DNA of 35,704 nucleotides from an uncultured Megasphaera sp. (lineage in GTDB: Bacteria; Bacillota; Negativicutes; Veillonellales; Megasphaeraceae). Every line of letters begins with the position of its first letter. The stretch's first letter is position 1. A program made the translations under genes and the position numbers. The stretch covers positions 1-35,704 of the forward strand of contig CALBLM010000192.1 in the NCBI GenBank assembly GCA_937895695.1. The letters are read 5' to 3'. Shown piece after piece: positions 1 to 10,925 of this stretch. The notes under the pieces are model-generated. The model was given only the letters and a program-made list of their open reading frames with translations. It was not told the origin of the DNA and searched no databases.

Positions 1-770
1 ATGACAACATGACGATACGGATCTTGTCCTTCACTTTCAGTCCGCACATGTTCTTCATTTTGTAAGGCCACATGAATGATCTTGCGTTCATAGCCATTCA
101 TCGGTTCTAAAACAACTTTTTCGCCACTTCGTTTAACCCGGCCAGCCAAGCGTTCTGCTAACTGCTTCAATGTTTCTTCCCGACGATGACGGTAATTTTC
201 TACATCAAGCATAATGAAATGACGAGTTTCCTGCCCTTGATTGGTTGTAAGATTGGTCAAATATTGGAGGGCATCCAACGTCTGTCCATGTTTTCCAATC
301 AAAATGCCTAAATTTTTGCCATGAAGATGAAGGATAATTTTATCTTCTTTAATCATCTTTTCAATCATAACATCAATGCCCATATTCTGTAAAACTTCCA
401 ATAAAAAGTCTTTTGCTTTAGTTGCTGCTTCTTCGGCAGTATATGTTTCTGTAACAGTTGCCGATTCCGTTGAAGCAACATCATCAGTTGCATCCGCATT
501 GGATGGGGCAGAAACCATCGGCTGTTCTTTTTTTACAACAGCTTCCGATTTCGTTTCTTTTATGTGTTCGGGTACAGCAGATACTGGCTGGGCAGATTTC
601 GTTTTTTCCGTAAGACGAACAACAGCCGGCTTACTTCCAAATCCCAAAAAACCGCTTTTAGGTTCTGCTAATACCTCAATATTTACTTCTTCTTTAATTT
701 TCCCGAGACGAACCAAGCCGGAACGAATGGCATCTTCAATTGTCTTACCTGTTGCTTCAATGCTACTCAT
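1..770 (-). CDS. jag: Jag/EloR (KhpB) RNA-binding protein, 3' end outside the window
   Basis: ATG at 770 overlaps the yidC TGA (ATGA). Translates MSSIEATGKTIEDAIRSGL...KSGFLGFGSKPAVVRL (Jag_N), then KH (GIFIGKHGQTLDALQYL) and R3H (LEPMNGYERKIIHVAL) motifs. Canonical position after yidC. Confidence 0.93.
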   Translation of the reverse strand, partial: MSSIEATGKTIEDAIRSGLVRLGKIKEEVNIEVLAEPKSGFLGFGSKPAVVRLTEKTKSAQPVSAVPEHIKETKSEAVVKKEQPMVSAPSNADATDDVASTESATVTETYTAEEAATKAKDFLLEVLQNMGIDVMIEKMIKEDKIILHLHGKNLGILIGKHGQTLDALQYLTNLTTNQGQETRHFIMLDVENYRHRREETLKQLAERLAGRVKRSGEKVVLEPMNGYERKIIHVALQNEEHVRTESEGQDPYRHVV

Positions 771-1462
771 GCCTGCGCTCCTCTCTTCTTTTTACCATGA
801 AACATGATAATCTGCTGTACCCATTGGAATACATTGGAAATAACCCAATAAATAACCAATCCGCTTGGGAAGCTTAAGCTAATCCAGCCAATAAACAACG
901 GCATAATAATCTGCATAATTTTTTGTTGTTTAGCCTGGGCATCAGAAGCGGCTACTTGAGCACCGCTCATCTGCTTTTGAATACCAAACGTAGAAATTGC
1001 AGACAACACCGGCATAATATATGTTGGATCTGCCTGGCCTAAACTTGGCAGCCACAAAAATTGTGCAAAGTTAGGATCATACGGATATTCCCGCAATGCC
1101 CAGAAAATAGAAATCAAGAATGGCATTTGAATCAGAATAGGTAAACATCCAGACAATGGATTTACTCCAGTTTCTTTATAGAGTTTAGCCATTTCTTCTT
1201 GCATCTTTTTCTGATTGCCTTTATATTTCTGCTGCAATGCTTTAATTTTCGGCTGTAAGGTCTGCATGCCTTCCATCGACCGAATCTGTTTAGCCGTAAG
1301 CGGTGACAATATTAACTTAATAATAAGCGTCAGCATAATGATAGCCAAGCCGTAGCTAGGATATCCGATATGTTGCGTGAATGCATAACAGTAATCCATG
1401 AAGGTTGTCATAATCTGCGTCAGGATATCTGCTATTCCACTAAAAAATCCCAATACTCTCAA
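767..1462 (-). CDS. yidC: Membrane protein insertase YidC/SpoIIIJ (short form)
   Basis: Motifs GVNPLSGCLPILIQMP, FLWLPSLGQADP, PSGLVIYWVISN; synteny. True start may be the TTG at 1453, downstream of AGGAG. Confidence 0.95.
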   Translation of the reverse strand: MRVLGFFSGIADILTQIMTTFMDYCYAFTQHIGYPSYGLAIIMLTLIIKLILSPLTAKQIRSMEGMQTLQPKIKALQQKYKGNQKKMQEEMAKLYKETGVNPLSGCLPILIQMPFLISIFWALREYPYDPNFAQFLWLPSLGQADPTYIMPVLSAISTFGIQKQMSGAQVAASDAQAKQQKIMQIIMPLFIGWISLSFPSGLVIYWVISNVFQWVQQIIMFHGKKKRGAQA

Positions 1463-1517
1463 CTCCTGTCGGGTAAAAAAATACGTTCAGCCAGCCTTTA
1501 TTTCATCTGACCGAATA

Positions 1518-1727
1518 TTACGGTACAGGATCATATCCGCCTTTATGAAAGGGATGGCATTTCAAAATGCGCCTTATTGCTAAATAACTCCCTTTCACAG
1601 CACCGTATTTCTGCAGCGCTTCCAGCGCATATGCAGAACAAGTAGGGTAAAACCGGCAGCATGGCGGTTTTAATGGTGATATACAGGTTCGATAAAACTG
1701 TATAAGGATGATAAGAAACTGTTTCAT
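1518..1727 (-). CDS. yidD: Membrane protein insertion efficiency factor YidD
   Basis: [10 protein letters not shown]...[17 protein letters not shown] signature. Confidence 0.95.
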   Translation of the reverse strand: MKQFLIILIQFYRTCISPLKPPCCRFYPTCSAYALEALQKYGAVKGSYLAIRRILKCHPFHKGGYDPVP

Positions 1728-1733
1728 GCATCA

Positions 1734-2087
1734 TCACTTCTTTTGCAATACCTTAGCATGCCGGAAGAGCTGCATAATGCTGCGTTCAGCCTGTTCATAT
1801 CCAGCATATTTTAATTTACTGCGTCCAATAAGGATTAAATCAACGCCTTGAATGAGTTCGAATTGATGAAGACGATATACTTCCTTCATCAATCGCCGAC
1901 AACGATTACGTTCTACGGCACATCCAATTTTTTTGCCCGTTACAAACCCCATACGGGCAGGCTGTTTAGGAGAACGGGGTAATACGTATAAAACAGCCAG
2001 TTTATTTACATAAGACCGGCCATGTCGATATACAAATTGATATTCCCGATTCTTAGTCAGTCGTTTTTCTTTTTTTAGTTCATACAT
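1734..2087 (-). CDS. rnpA: Ribonuclease P protein component
   Basis: GFVTGKKIGCAVERNRCRRLMKEVYR (RNR motif); synteny. Confidence 0.95.
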   Translation of the reverse strand: MYELKKEKRLTKNREYQFVYRHGRSYVNKLAVLYVLPRSPKQPARMGFVTGKKIGCAVERNRCRRLMKEVYRLHQFELIQGVDLILIGRSKLKYAGYEQAERSIMQLFRHAKVLQKK

Positions 2088-2112
2088 TCATTTTGTCCTA
2101 AAAATGCCAGAA

Positions 2113-2146
2113 AAACAGAAAAATTCCATGATGGAACTTTTCTGTT
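2113..2146 (-). terminator. Hairpin between rpmH and rnpA (partial terminator or mRNA stabiliser)
   Basis: aacagaaaaattccat-g-atggaacttttctgtt inverted repeat with one mismatch, followed by a short U-run on the minus strand. Confidence 0.5.
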
Positions 2147-2159
2147 CATCTTGTAATGA

Positions 2160-2294
2160 TTAAGCGGAGAGTTTCTTTCTGCCTTTCATACGACGTTTTT
2201 TCAAAACCATGCGGCCGCCTTTTGTTTTCATTCTTTCACGGAAGCCATGTGTTCTTTTTCTCCACAATTTATTCGGCTGATATGTCTGTTTCAA
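2160..2294 (-). CDS. rpmH: 50S ribosomal protein L34 (below ORF-track cutoff)
   Basis: Manual translation from [60 protein letters not shown]. Confidence 0.97.
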   Translation of the reverse strand: MKQTYQPNKLWRKRTHGFRERMKTKGGRMVLKKRRMKGRKKLSA

Positions 2295-2351
2295 TATAGA
2301 CACCTCCTTTGTCTCAATAGACAGTCAATGAATTTACACCATAACAGCATA

Positions 2352-2380
2352 ATTATAGTAAAAAAGAAATATGCTGTCAA
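2352..2380 (-). promoter_or_regulatory. SigA promoter of the rpmH operon
   Basis: Perfect TTGACA-17 bp-TATAAT on the minus strand. Confidence 0.85.
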
Positions 2381-2504
2381 TTACTTTTTTTAGCTTTCTC
2401 AATATGCGTATCCTATACTATGCTTTTTTCGCATATTAAGTACTATACCTCTGATAATTAATTTTAATAAATCTTCTTCCCATGCGTATCGTTTTGTTGT
2501 AAAA

Positions 2505-2669
2505 TGTGGATAGATGTGAGTGTGGATAAAAAATGAGTCTATCAACAGGTTATCCACACTTTGTGGATAACCTGTTTAACAGTCGGAAATTCGATATTTA
2601 TCGTATTTCCGCTTTTTTCAACTCTTAATTATGCACTTATCCACAAAACGATATATCAACATATCCACA
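2505..2669. other. oriC DnaA-box cluster upstream of dnaA
   Basis: Perfect TTATCCACA/TGTGGATAA at 2521-2529, 2550-2558, 2562-2570 and 2637-2645; near-matches at 2505-2513 and 2661-2669. Confidence 0.92.
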
Positions 2670-2694
2670 ATATATACGACAGGAAGGATGCATT

Positions 2695-4212
2695 ATGGAA
2701 TCAATGGAGTTAGCCACGTTATGGACAGGCATGCTTGCGGAACTAAAAAAATCTCTCCCCCTACTTTTATACATGAATTGGTTTGAATCATCACTCATAC
2801 CGCTTTCATATAAAAACAATGAATTAGTTTTAGCAACAACACAACAATTTATTCTTACTTTTATAAACAAAAACTATGTCACCTTATTAAATGACGTAGC
2901 ACAAAAAGTAACGGGACAACCTATAAAAGTCCATATTAGCTTAATGAATGACCCTGCAGTCATGCCATCTGCATCACCATCATCTGCATCAATCCCTGCA
3001 GATGACCTATATGAAACAGTTCATATAAAAGATGCATCCACACAAAAAAAAGTAGAATGGGTACAACCAGAACTACCGGTAACAGAGACTTCATCATCTA
3101 TGCAGCAACCAACATTGTTTACAGTAAAACAAGCAGAAAAAATCACGCCACCATCAGATATTCATCAAGAAACAAATTTAAATCCCAATTATACATTTGA
3201 AAATTTTATTGTCGGCAATAGTAATCGCGTTCCTTACACATTTGCAACAACAGTTGCCGATGCGCCGGCCCAAAAATATAATCCATTATATATATATGGC
3301 GACAGTGGTTTAGGAAAAACCCACTTGATGCATGCCATTGGCAATCGAATTTTACAAAAATTTCCACACATGCGTCTTCGCTGCATAACCAGTGAAGATT
3401 TTGTTAACGATTTTATTCAATCTATCCAAGATAAAAGTACAGAAAACTTCCGACAGCAATACCGAAATATCGATGTACTTCTTGTCGATGATATTCAATT
3501 TTTAGGATTTGGCGAAAAAGACAGTTCCAAAGAAGAATTTTTCCATACCTTTAATAAGCTGTATCAAGGACAAAAACAAATGATTTTTACCAGTGATAGA
3601 GCTCCTCAGGATATCAATAAACTGGAAGATCGGCTTCGTTCCCGATTCCAAAGCGGAATGGTTACTTGGATAGATCCGCCTGATTTAGAAACACGTATTG
3701 CAATCTTACGAACATGGGCACAAAAACAGGGTATTACGATTGAAAACGAAGCTATTACGTATATTGCTACGAATGGTAGTGAAAATATCCGTGAATTATC
3801 GGGAGCATTTAACAATGTCGTATATTTAGCCTCTGTAGAAGATGCACGTACGATAACTGCAAAACATGCTCATCGTGCTTTGCAATATTTAGTAAAAAAT
3901 AAAGAAGAAAAGAAATATATTACGATTGATGAAATTACGACAGCTGTATGTTCGTTTTATAATGTAAATTATAAAGAATTAATGGGTAAGAAAAAAACGA
4001 AATATATTGCCTTGCCACGGCAAATAGCGATGTACTTATGTCGTGAATTAACAGGTAATACGTATCCTCATATTGGAACTGCTTTTAATGGTCGAGATCA
4101 TACAACGGTTATGCATGCTTGTATGAAAGTCATGAAATTAATGGAAAAAGATAGTAATTTTAAAAAATCGATTGAAGATCTGCAAAATAAAATTAAGGGT
4201 GTGGATAAATAA
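2695..4212 (+). CDS. dnaA: Chromosomal replication initiator DnaA
   Basis: YNPLYIYGDSGLGKTHL (Walker A), LLVDDIQF, RLRSRF, GRDHTTVMHAC. Confidence 0.99.
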   Translation: MESMELATLWTGMLAELKKSLPLLLYMNWFESSLIPLSYKNNELVLATTQQFILTFINKNYVTLLNDVAQKVTGQPIKVHISLMNDPAVMPSASPSSASIPADDLYETVHIKDASTQKKVEWVQPELPVTETSSSMQQPTLFTVKQAEKITPPSDIHQETNLNPNYTFENFIVGNSNRVPYTFATTVADAPAQKYNPLYIYGDSGLGKTHLMHAIGNRILQKFPHMRLRCITSEDFVNDFIQSIQDKSTENFRQQYRNIDVLLVDDIQFLGFGEKDSSKEEFFHTFNKLYQGQKQMIFTSDRAPQDINKLEDRLRSRFQSGMVTWIDPPDLETRIAILRTWAQKQGITIENEAITYIATNGSENIRELSGAFNNVVYLASVEDARTITAKHAHRALQYLVKNKEEKKYITIDEITTAVCSFYNVNYKELMGKKKTKYIALPRQIAMYLCRELTGNTYPHIGTAFNGRDHTTVMHACMKVMKLMEKDSNFKKSIEDLQNKIKGVDK

Positions 4213-4400
4213 GATGATAGTCTGTAGATAATTTGTGGATATTTTAAAATTCCAAAAAAAAAGTGGATTTGTGGATAAGAAAAAACAATTTATCCACAAG
4301 TTATACACATTTGTGGATAGCTTAAAATTGCTCCTTTTATCCACTTATCCACAAATCCACAGCCTCTACTACTATGACTACTATTTTTTTAATTTACTTA
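4200..4400. other. oriC unwinding region (DnaA boxes + DnaA-trios + AT-rich tract)
   Basis: DnaA boxes or near-matches at 4200, 4223, 4234, 4270, 4290, 4301, 4312 and 4345. TTATCCACA-AATCCACA-GCCT is followed by CTA CTA CTA TGA CTA CTA (4366-4383) and a T-rich run. Confidence 0.92.
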
Positions 4401-4436
4401 AACTAAAAAACTAAGCGCAGAAAAGGGGATACATCA

Positions 4437-5552
4437 ATGAAACTGAAACTAAAAAAAGAAGACTTAAACAAGGGCTTACAAACAGTCCAAAAAGTAGCTC
4501 AAAACAAAAGCAATAATCTATCTTCTGAAAATGGACTACTAATTAAAGCAATCAATAATGTCATCGAATTTCAAGCAAACGATTATGATATGGGCATCAA
4601 AACAATCGTCCCTGGAATTATTGAAGAAAGCGGTGAAGCATTTATCGCTAATCCGTATTTAATGGAACTAACAAGAAAACTACCCAGCGATGAAATTGAA
4701 ATTATCAAAGAAGATGCTGATACACAATTAATCATCAAAGGCGGAAAGTTAAAATTTGAATGTCTAACAATGAATCCTAATGATTTTACAGAAGTAGAAA
4801 TCGTCGAAAATGGATATGCCCATTTTCAAACAACTAGTGTTATTATGAAAGATCTGATTGATAATACTTCCTACGCTTGTGCAACCGATGTAGCTCGTCC
4901 TATTTTTATGGGCACTTTTTTAGATGTACAACATAATACGATGTCAATGGTTGCTACCGATACCCATCGATTGGCTTTAAAATCTGCTTCGTTAGAAAAA
5001 CCACTGGAAACAGCTCTTCAAGCAGTGATTCCCAGTCGGTTGTTAGCTGAAATTTCAAGGCAATTACCAACAGATATTCCAGAAACTGTTGAAATTACAG
5101 CGGTTCGTAGTTATTTAGCGATTAAATTTGGTAATGTATACATTCGAACTCGGTTAATCGAAGGAGAATTTCCGAATTATCGCCGCGTTATTCCGACGGA
5201 TTTTCAATGTACCCTTACCATTGACCGGGCAGCATTTACAGGTGCTGTTGAACGAGCATCAATTGTAGCTAAAGATGCACAGTATAATGTAATCAATTTT
5301 GTGATAACGGAAAATGAAATTAAATTAATGAGTCAGCATCCGGATTATGGAACCATAGAAGATTCTGTTCCTTGCCAAATGGAAGGAGAACCTTTGGATA
5401 TTTCCTTTAATGGAAAATTTATTTTAGATATGTTAAAACATTGTCATGATGATGAAGTTGTTTTAAAATTACGTAAAAACAGTCCAATGTTAGTACAAGA
5501 TAAGGGACAAACGGATTGTGTATTTGTTGTAACACCAATGAGGACTAAATAA
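4437..5552 (+). CDS. dnaN: DNA polymerase III beta sliding clamp
   Basis: VATDTHRLA, RLIEGEFPNYRRVIP, C-terminal TPMR; synteny. Confidence 0.98.
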   Translation: MKLKLKKEDLNKGLQTVQKVAQNKSNNLSSENGLLIKAINNVIEFQANDYDMGIKTIVPGIIEESGEAFIANPYLMELTRKLPSDEIEIIKEDADTQLIIKGGKLKFECLTMNPNDFTEVEIVENGYAHFQTTSVIMKDLIDNTSYACATDVARPIFMGTFLDVQHNTMSMVATDTHRLALKSASLEKPLETALQAVIPSRLLAEISRQLPTDIPETVEITAVRSYLAIKFGNVYIRTRLIEGEFPNYRRVIPTDFQCTLTIDRAAFTGAVERASIVAKDAQYNVINFVITENEIKLMSQHPDYGTIEDSVPCQMEGEPLDISFNGKFILDMLKHCHDDEVVLKLRKNSPMLVQDKGQTDCVFVVTPMRTK

Positions 5553-5768
5553 ATGGAAAAAATAAAAATTGAAACCGATATGATACAGTTAGACCAATTT
5601 ATGAAATGGGCCAGTATTTTGCAGAGTGGCGGAGAAATTCGATTTTTACTAGATGAGAATAGAATTTATATTAATGGAACTTTATGCAACGCCAAGCGCA
5701 AAAAGCTTTACCCAGGAGACATTGTGGAAATTAAAGACGTAGGTACATATGAAATAGTTGGTGCATAA
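5553..5768 (+). CDS. yaaA: S4-domain RNA-binding protein YaaA
   Basis: IQLDQFMKWASILQSGGE...KRKKLYPGDIVEI; lies between dnaN and recF. Confidence 0.92.
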   Translation: MEKIKIETDMIQLDQFMKWASILQSGGEIRFLLDENRIYINGTLCNAKRKKLYPGDIVEIKDVGTYEIVGA

Positions 5769-5770
5769 AT

Positions 5771-6940
5771 ATGAACATACAGTCCATTCGTCTTCACCAA
5801 TTCCGGAACTATAAACAAGAAGAAATATCATTTCCAAAATCTATTATTATCCTTTATGGAAAAAACGGACAGGGAAAAACGAATTTACTGGAAGCGTTAT
5901 ATATGGGAGGAATTGGTAAATCCTATCGAGGTATAGCTGATTCAGATTTAATCCAATGGGATTGTCATGATGCTAGCGTTATTATTAATTTTTTTCGCAA
6001 TGGCGTAGAACAACAGATAAAAATTATTATATCTAAACTCGCTAAAAAAGAGTTGTGGATTAATGAAACCAAGGTGTCTCAGCGGGAGCTGGTGGGCACG
6101 TTAAACGAAGTCGTATTTTCTCCGGAAGATTTGCAGCTTATCAAAGGAAGCCCTTCTTTACGACGCCGTTTTATGGACATGGAAATATCCCAGGTAAATC
6201 CTACATATTATCGAGAATTGCTGCAATATAATCGGGCTATTTCTCAACGCAATCTATTGTTAAAAAAAATGAAATATGAAGGCCCGTTTTCGATAGAAGA
6301 ATGGGATCATCAGATTGCTTCTTTTGCTGCAGCGATTGTAAAAAAAAGAATAGCAGCTCTTCATAAAATCAGTTTTCTTTCCGGCGTGATTCATCGACGC
6401 CTTACCAAAGGCAGAGAGAGTCTGACCATGTCGTATATACAGCCTTATGATGGTATACATGATGCCAAGAAGGATTATCGCTGTGATGCATCATGGTATT
6501 ATCAATTGCTGCAGGAACACTTAATGGAAGATATACATCGTATGTCAACGTCCATAGGACCTCATCGTGATGATTTGGGATTTGCTGTTGATGGGGCAGA
6601 TTTAAAAAAATTTGGATCTCAAGGACAGCAGCGTACGGCTGTATTGGCTTTAAAACTGTCGGAGTTGGAGTATGTGAAGTCGGAAACAGGAGAATATCCG
6701 GTATTATTGCTCGATGATGTCATGAGTGAGCTAGATGCGGTACGGCGTGAGGCCTTATTGGAATTTGTTCGTGAGCGTATTCAGACATTTATTACGACAA
6801 CGGAGCCAATTATTTTTGAATCCATACCAGGATATCATTATCTCTGTATTGAAAAGGGTCGGGTAAAAGACAATGAACGAACGGACACATACATTGGAAA
6901 AAGCGGGAATGGCGATTCCGAAAATACTAGAAGAACATAA
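5771..6940 (+). CDS. recF: DNA replication/repair protein RecF
   Basis: GKNGQGKTNLLEA, GPHRDD, GSQGQQR, PVLLLDDVMSELD. Confidence 0.98.
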   Translation: MNIQSIRLHQFRNYKQEEISFPKSIIILYGKNGQGKTNLLEALYMGGIGKSYRGIADSDLIQWDCHDASVIINFFRNGVEQQIKIIISKLAKKELWINETKVSQRELVGTLNEVVFSPEDLQLIKGSPSLRRRFMDMEISQVNPTYYRELLQYNRAISQRNLLLKKMKYEGPFSIEEWDHQIASFAAAIVKKRIAALHKISFLSGVIHRRLTKGRESLTMSYIQPYDGIHDAKKDYRCDASWYYQLLQEHLMEDIHRMSTSIGPHRDDLGFAVDGADLKKFGSQGQQRTAVLALKLSELEYVKSETGEYPVLLLDDVMSELDAVRREALLEFVRERIQTFITTTEPIIFESIPGYHYLCIEKGRVKDNERTDTYIGKSGNGDSENTRRT

Positions 6941-7784
6941 ACTGCTGACGCCGTATAAATTGTATCAAGCCAAGCTTTCGTGGTCGTCTATTGTGGGAGT
7001 GCAAATAGCAAAATACTCGTATATACAGCAATTTGATGAACATACTGCTGTGATTGCTGTACTCAATTCAGTTTGGATGAATCAGCTGTTTATCCATAAA
7101 AAAGATTTGATTGAAAAAATAAATCGATTTATTCACGAAGAATATATTCGAGATATACGATTGGTTCGCAGCGGCAAAAAGCCAGCAAAAATTATATATG
7201 AAAAATTGGATGGCGAAGAGGAAGCGTTGTTTCCAACGGAAGATCCGAAACAGATTTTATTATCAAAAGATGTAGTACAGAAAATTGTGCAAGATACAGC
7301 TCATTTGCCAGCGGCTCTGCAGGAACGAATCAGGCAGCTTCGTTTTATACAGGAAAAACGAAAATTAATGTATACGCAGGCTGGGCGAGGAACATGTCCG
7401 CATTGCGGTAGATTTTTGCAGCCTGGAGAGCATATTTGCTATTTATGCCAATTGGAAATCAGACAACAAAAGAAAAAACAGCTTCATGATGTATTAATCA
7501 AAATGCCGTGGCTAACGTGGGAAGAACTAATACAGCATGGCTATATTCCGTCACAAGAAAAACTGTATATGGAGTTATATAATGAAATTCGTCGTGATTG
7601 TATTTATCGGTATATCGAACGAATTCATTATGATTGTGATACGGCAGAAGATGATATGATGCTAGCATTGTTTGTAACTCGTAAAAATCCTACGGAAATG
7701 ACCGATTCGTTTATTCATAATTTAACCGAAAAATATAGGAGAAAAGCAAATGTATCTACACATCGGCGGCAACCAAATGATTGA
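6873..7784 (+). CDS. dciA: DUF721/DciA-family helicase-loading protein with Zn-ribbon extension
   Basis: N-terminal WSSIVG...AVLNSVWMNQL...LIEKIN...IRDIRL (DciA-like); CPHCG...CYLC Zn ribbon; located between recF and gyrB. Confidence 0.8.
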   Translation: MNERTHTLEKAGMAIPKILEEHKLLTPYKLYQAKLSWSSIVGVQIAKYSYIQQFDEHTAVIAVLNSVWMNQLFIHKKDLIEKINRFIHEEYIRDIRLVRSGKKPAKIIYEKLDGEEEALFPTEDPKQILLSKDVVQKIVQDTAHLPAALQERIRQLRFIQEKRKLMYTQAGRGTCPHCGRFLQPGEHICYLCQLEIRQQKKKQLHDVLIKMPWLTWEELIQHGYIPSQEKLYMELYNEIRRDCIYRYIERIHYDCDTAEDDMMLALFVTRKNPTEMTDSFIHNLTEKYRRKANVSTHRRQPND

Positions 7785-8025
7785 TATACGACAGATTGTA
7801 GCTATATTTAAAGCCCATCCGCGTAAAGCAAGCAAATCAAATCCGCTGCGACAGTATTACAAGCCTCTTCGGTATGTATCTGAACATAACGAAGGCCCTG
7901 TTCGCTGCTACGTTGTTACAGAAGAAAAAATTTATGCTACGCCTATTACAGTAGAAACACTGATAGAACGATATAAAAAATTGTTTGTAAGGTCCGGGTT
8001 TACCTTAGCGTCCTCTACAAAATAA
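7750..8025 (+). CDS. remB: DUF370/RemB (YaaB) family protein
   Basis: MYLHIGGNQMIDIRQIVAIF...YVVTEEKIYATPITVETLIERY; canonical position before gyrB. Confidence 0.85.
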   Translation: MYLHIGGNQMIDIRQIVAIFKAHPRKASKSNPLRQYYKPLRYVSEHNEGPVRCYVVTEEKIYATPITVETLIERYKKLFVRSGFTLASSTK

Positions 8026-8029
8026 TTAA

Positions 8030-10006
<1,977 letters not shown>

Positions 10007-10033
10007 AATATACGTGTACAGGAGGAACGTCTT

Positions 10034-10789
10034 ATGAAAGTTTGGCGTATATGTATGATAACCCTGTTGTGTTGCTTGAGTATACAAGCATGCAGTTTAG
10101 CAGCTGATACAACCAAAATGGATATGCAGTCCATCGATCCTTCTATACAAATGAAAAATTTAGAATCCTATTATATTACGTCAGGACGTACATATGATAA
10201 AATTGCAGCATTATTACAAAGTATTCCGGCTGATAAAACAGGATTAGTTGGAGACTATTATTTTCGTATTGACAAAAAAGTAACCAGTAAGTATTTTTAT
10301 CACGTTAACGCATATGATACAACGATGCATACCCTAAAAAGCAGCTATTTTGTGGCCAAAGACGAATCATGCGTATGGCGGCTTTATGGTGAAAAAGATG
10401 CAGAATTGATTTTTGGCAATACGGAATCAATGTTAAAAAAAACAGAAGTAGTTGTATATCCTAAACGAATTCCCCTGGGAAGTTATGGAATTATTCGAGT
10501 TCATGTACCGGGAATGATTCCTTATGATATTAAGGCAACTAGTTTGAATGCACATGTAGCAACGATTTCAGATAAAATGAATATCGCTCCAGCTGCGGTG
10601 GGAACAACCAGTATCGTTGTTGATATTAAAATAGGAAATGCTGAAAGAACATTTACGCGAGATATTGCCGTAGTCGATACAGCGGATACCCAGGAAGCTC
10701 ATCGGCGCAGCCCTAATGTAAGCGTAGGGATTGGTGTAGGATGGCATCATCACGGCGGTATTGGAATAGGTGTGGGGCCTTGGTGGTAA
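10034..10789 (+). CDS. Exported hypothetical protein with Ig-like region and Gly/aliphatic C-terminal tail
   Basis: RBS AGGAGG; signal peptide (SLA-AD cleavage or IQAC lipobox); SLNAHVATI...AVGTTSIVV resembles Big_2 (inference). Confidence 0.7.
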   Translation: MKVWRICMITLLCCLSIQACSLAADTTKMDMQSIDPSIQMKNLESYYITSGRTYDKIAALLQSIPADKTGLVGDYYFRIDKKVTSKYFYHVNAYDTTMHTLKSSYFVAKDESCVWRLYGEKDAELIFGNTESMLKKTEVVVYPKRIPLGSYGIIRVHVPGMIPYDIKATSLNAHVATISDKMNIAPAAVGTTSIVVDIKIGNAERTFTRDIAVVDTADTQEAHRRSPNVSVGIGVGWHHHGGIGIGVGPWW

Positions 10790-10805
10790 AGAATAATGTA
10801 CGTAC

Positions 10806-10836
10806 AACAGGCATGCTCTCGGCATGCCTGTTTTTT
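10806..10836 (+). terminator. Rho-independent terminator
   Basis: aacaggcatgc-tctcg-gcatgcctgtt followed by a T-run. Confidence 0.85.
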
Positions 10837-10848
10837 ATATGATAAAAC

Positions 10849-10877
10849 TTGTTATACCAGGTAAAACCATGTATAAT
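10849..10877 (+). promoter_or_regulatory. SigA promoter
   Basis: TTGTTA-17 bp-TATAAT upstream of the CNNM gene. Confidence 0.6.
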
Positions 10878-10925
10878 AAATCCTAAAAAAGTATGGTTAT
10901 TGTATAAAAGGAGACGTGATTCGTT

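Noticed and set aside
376..807. 143-aa + strand ORF
   Set aside because: Antisense shadow of jag; no recognisable motifs.
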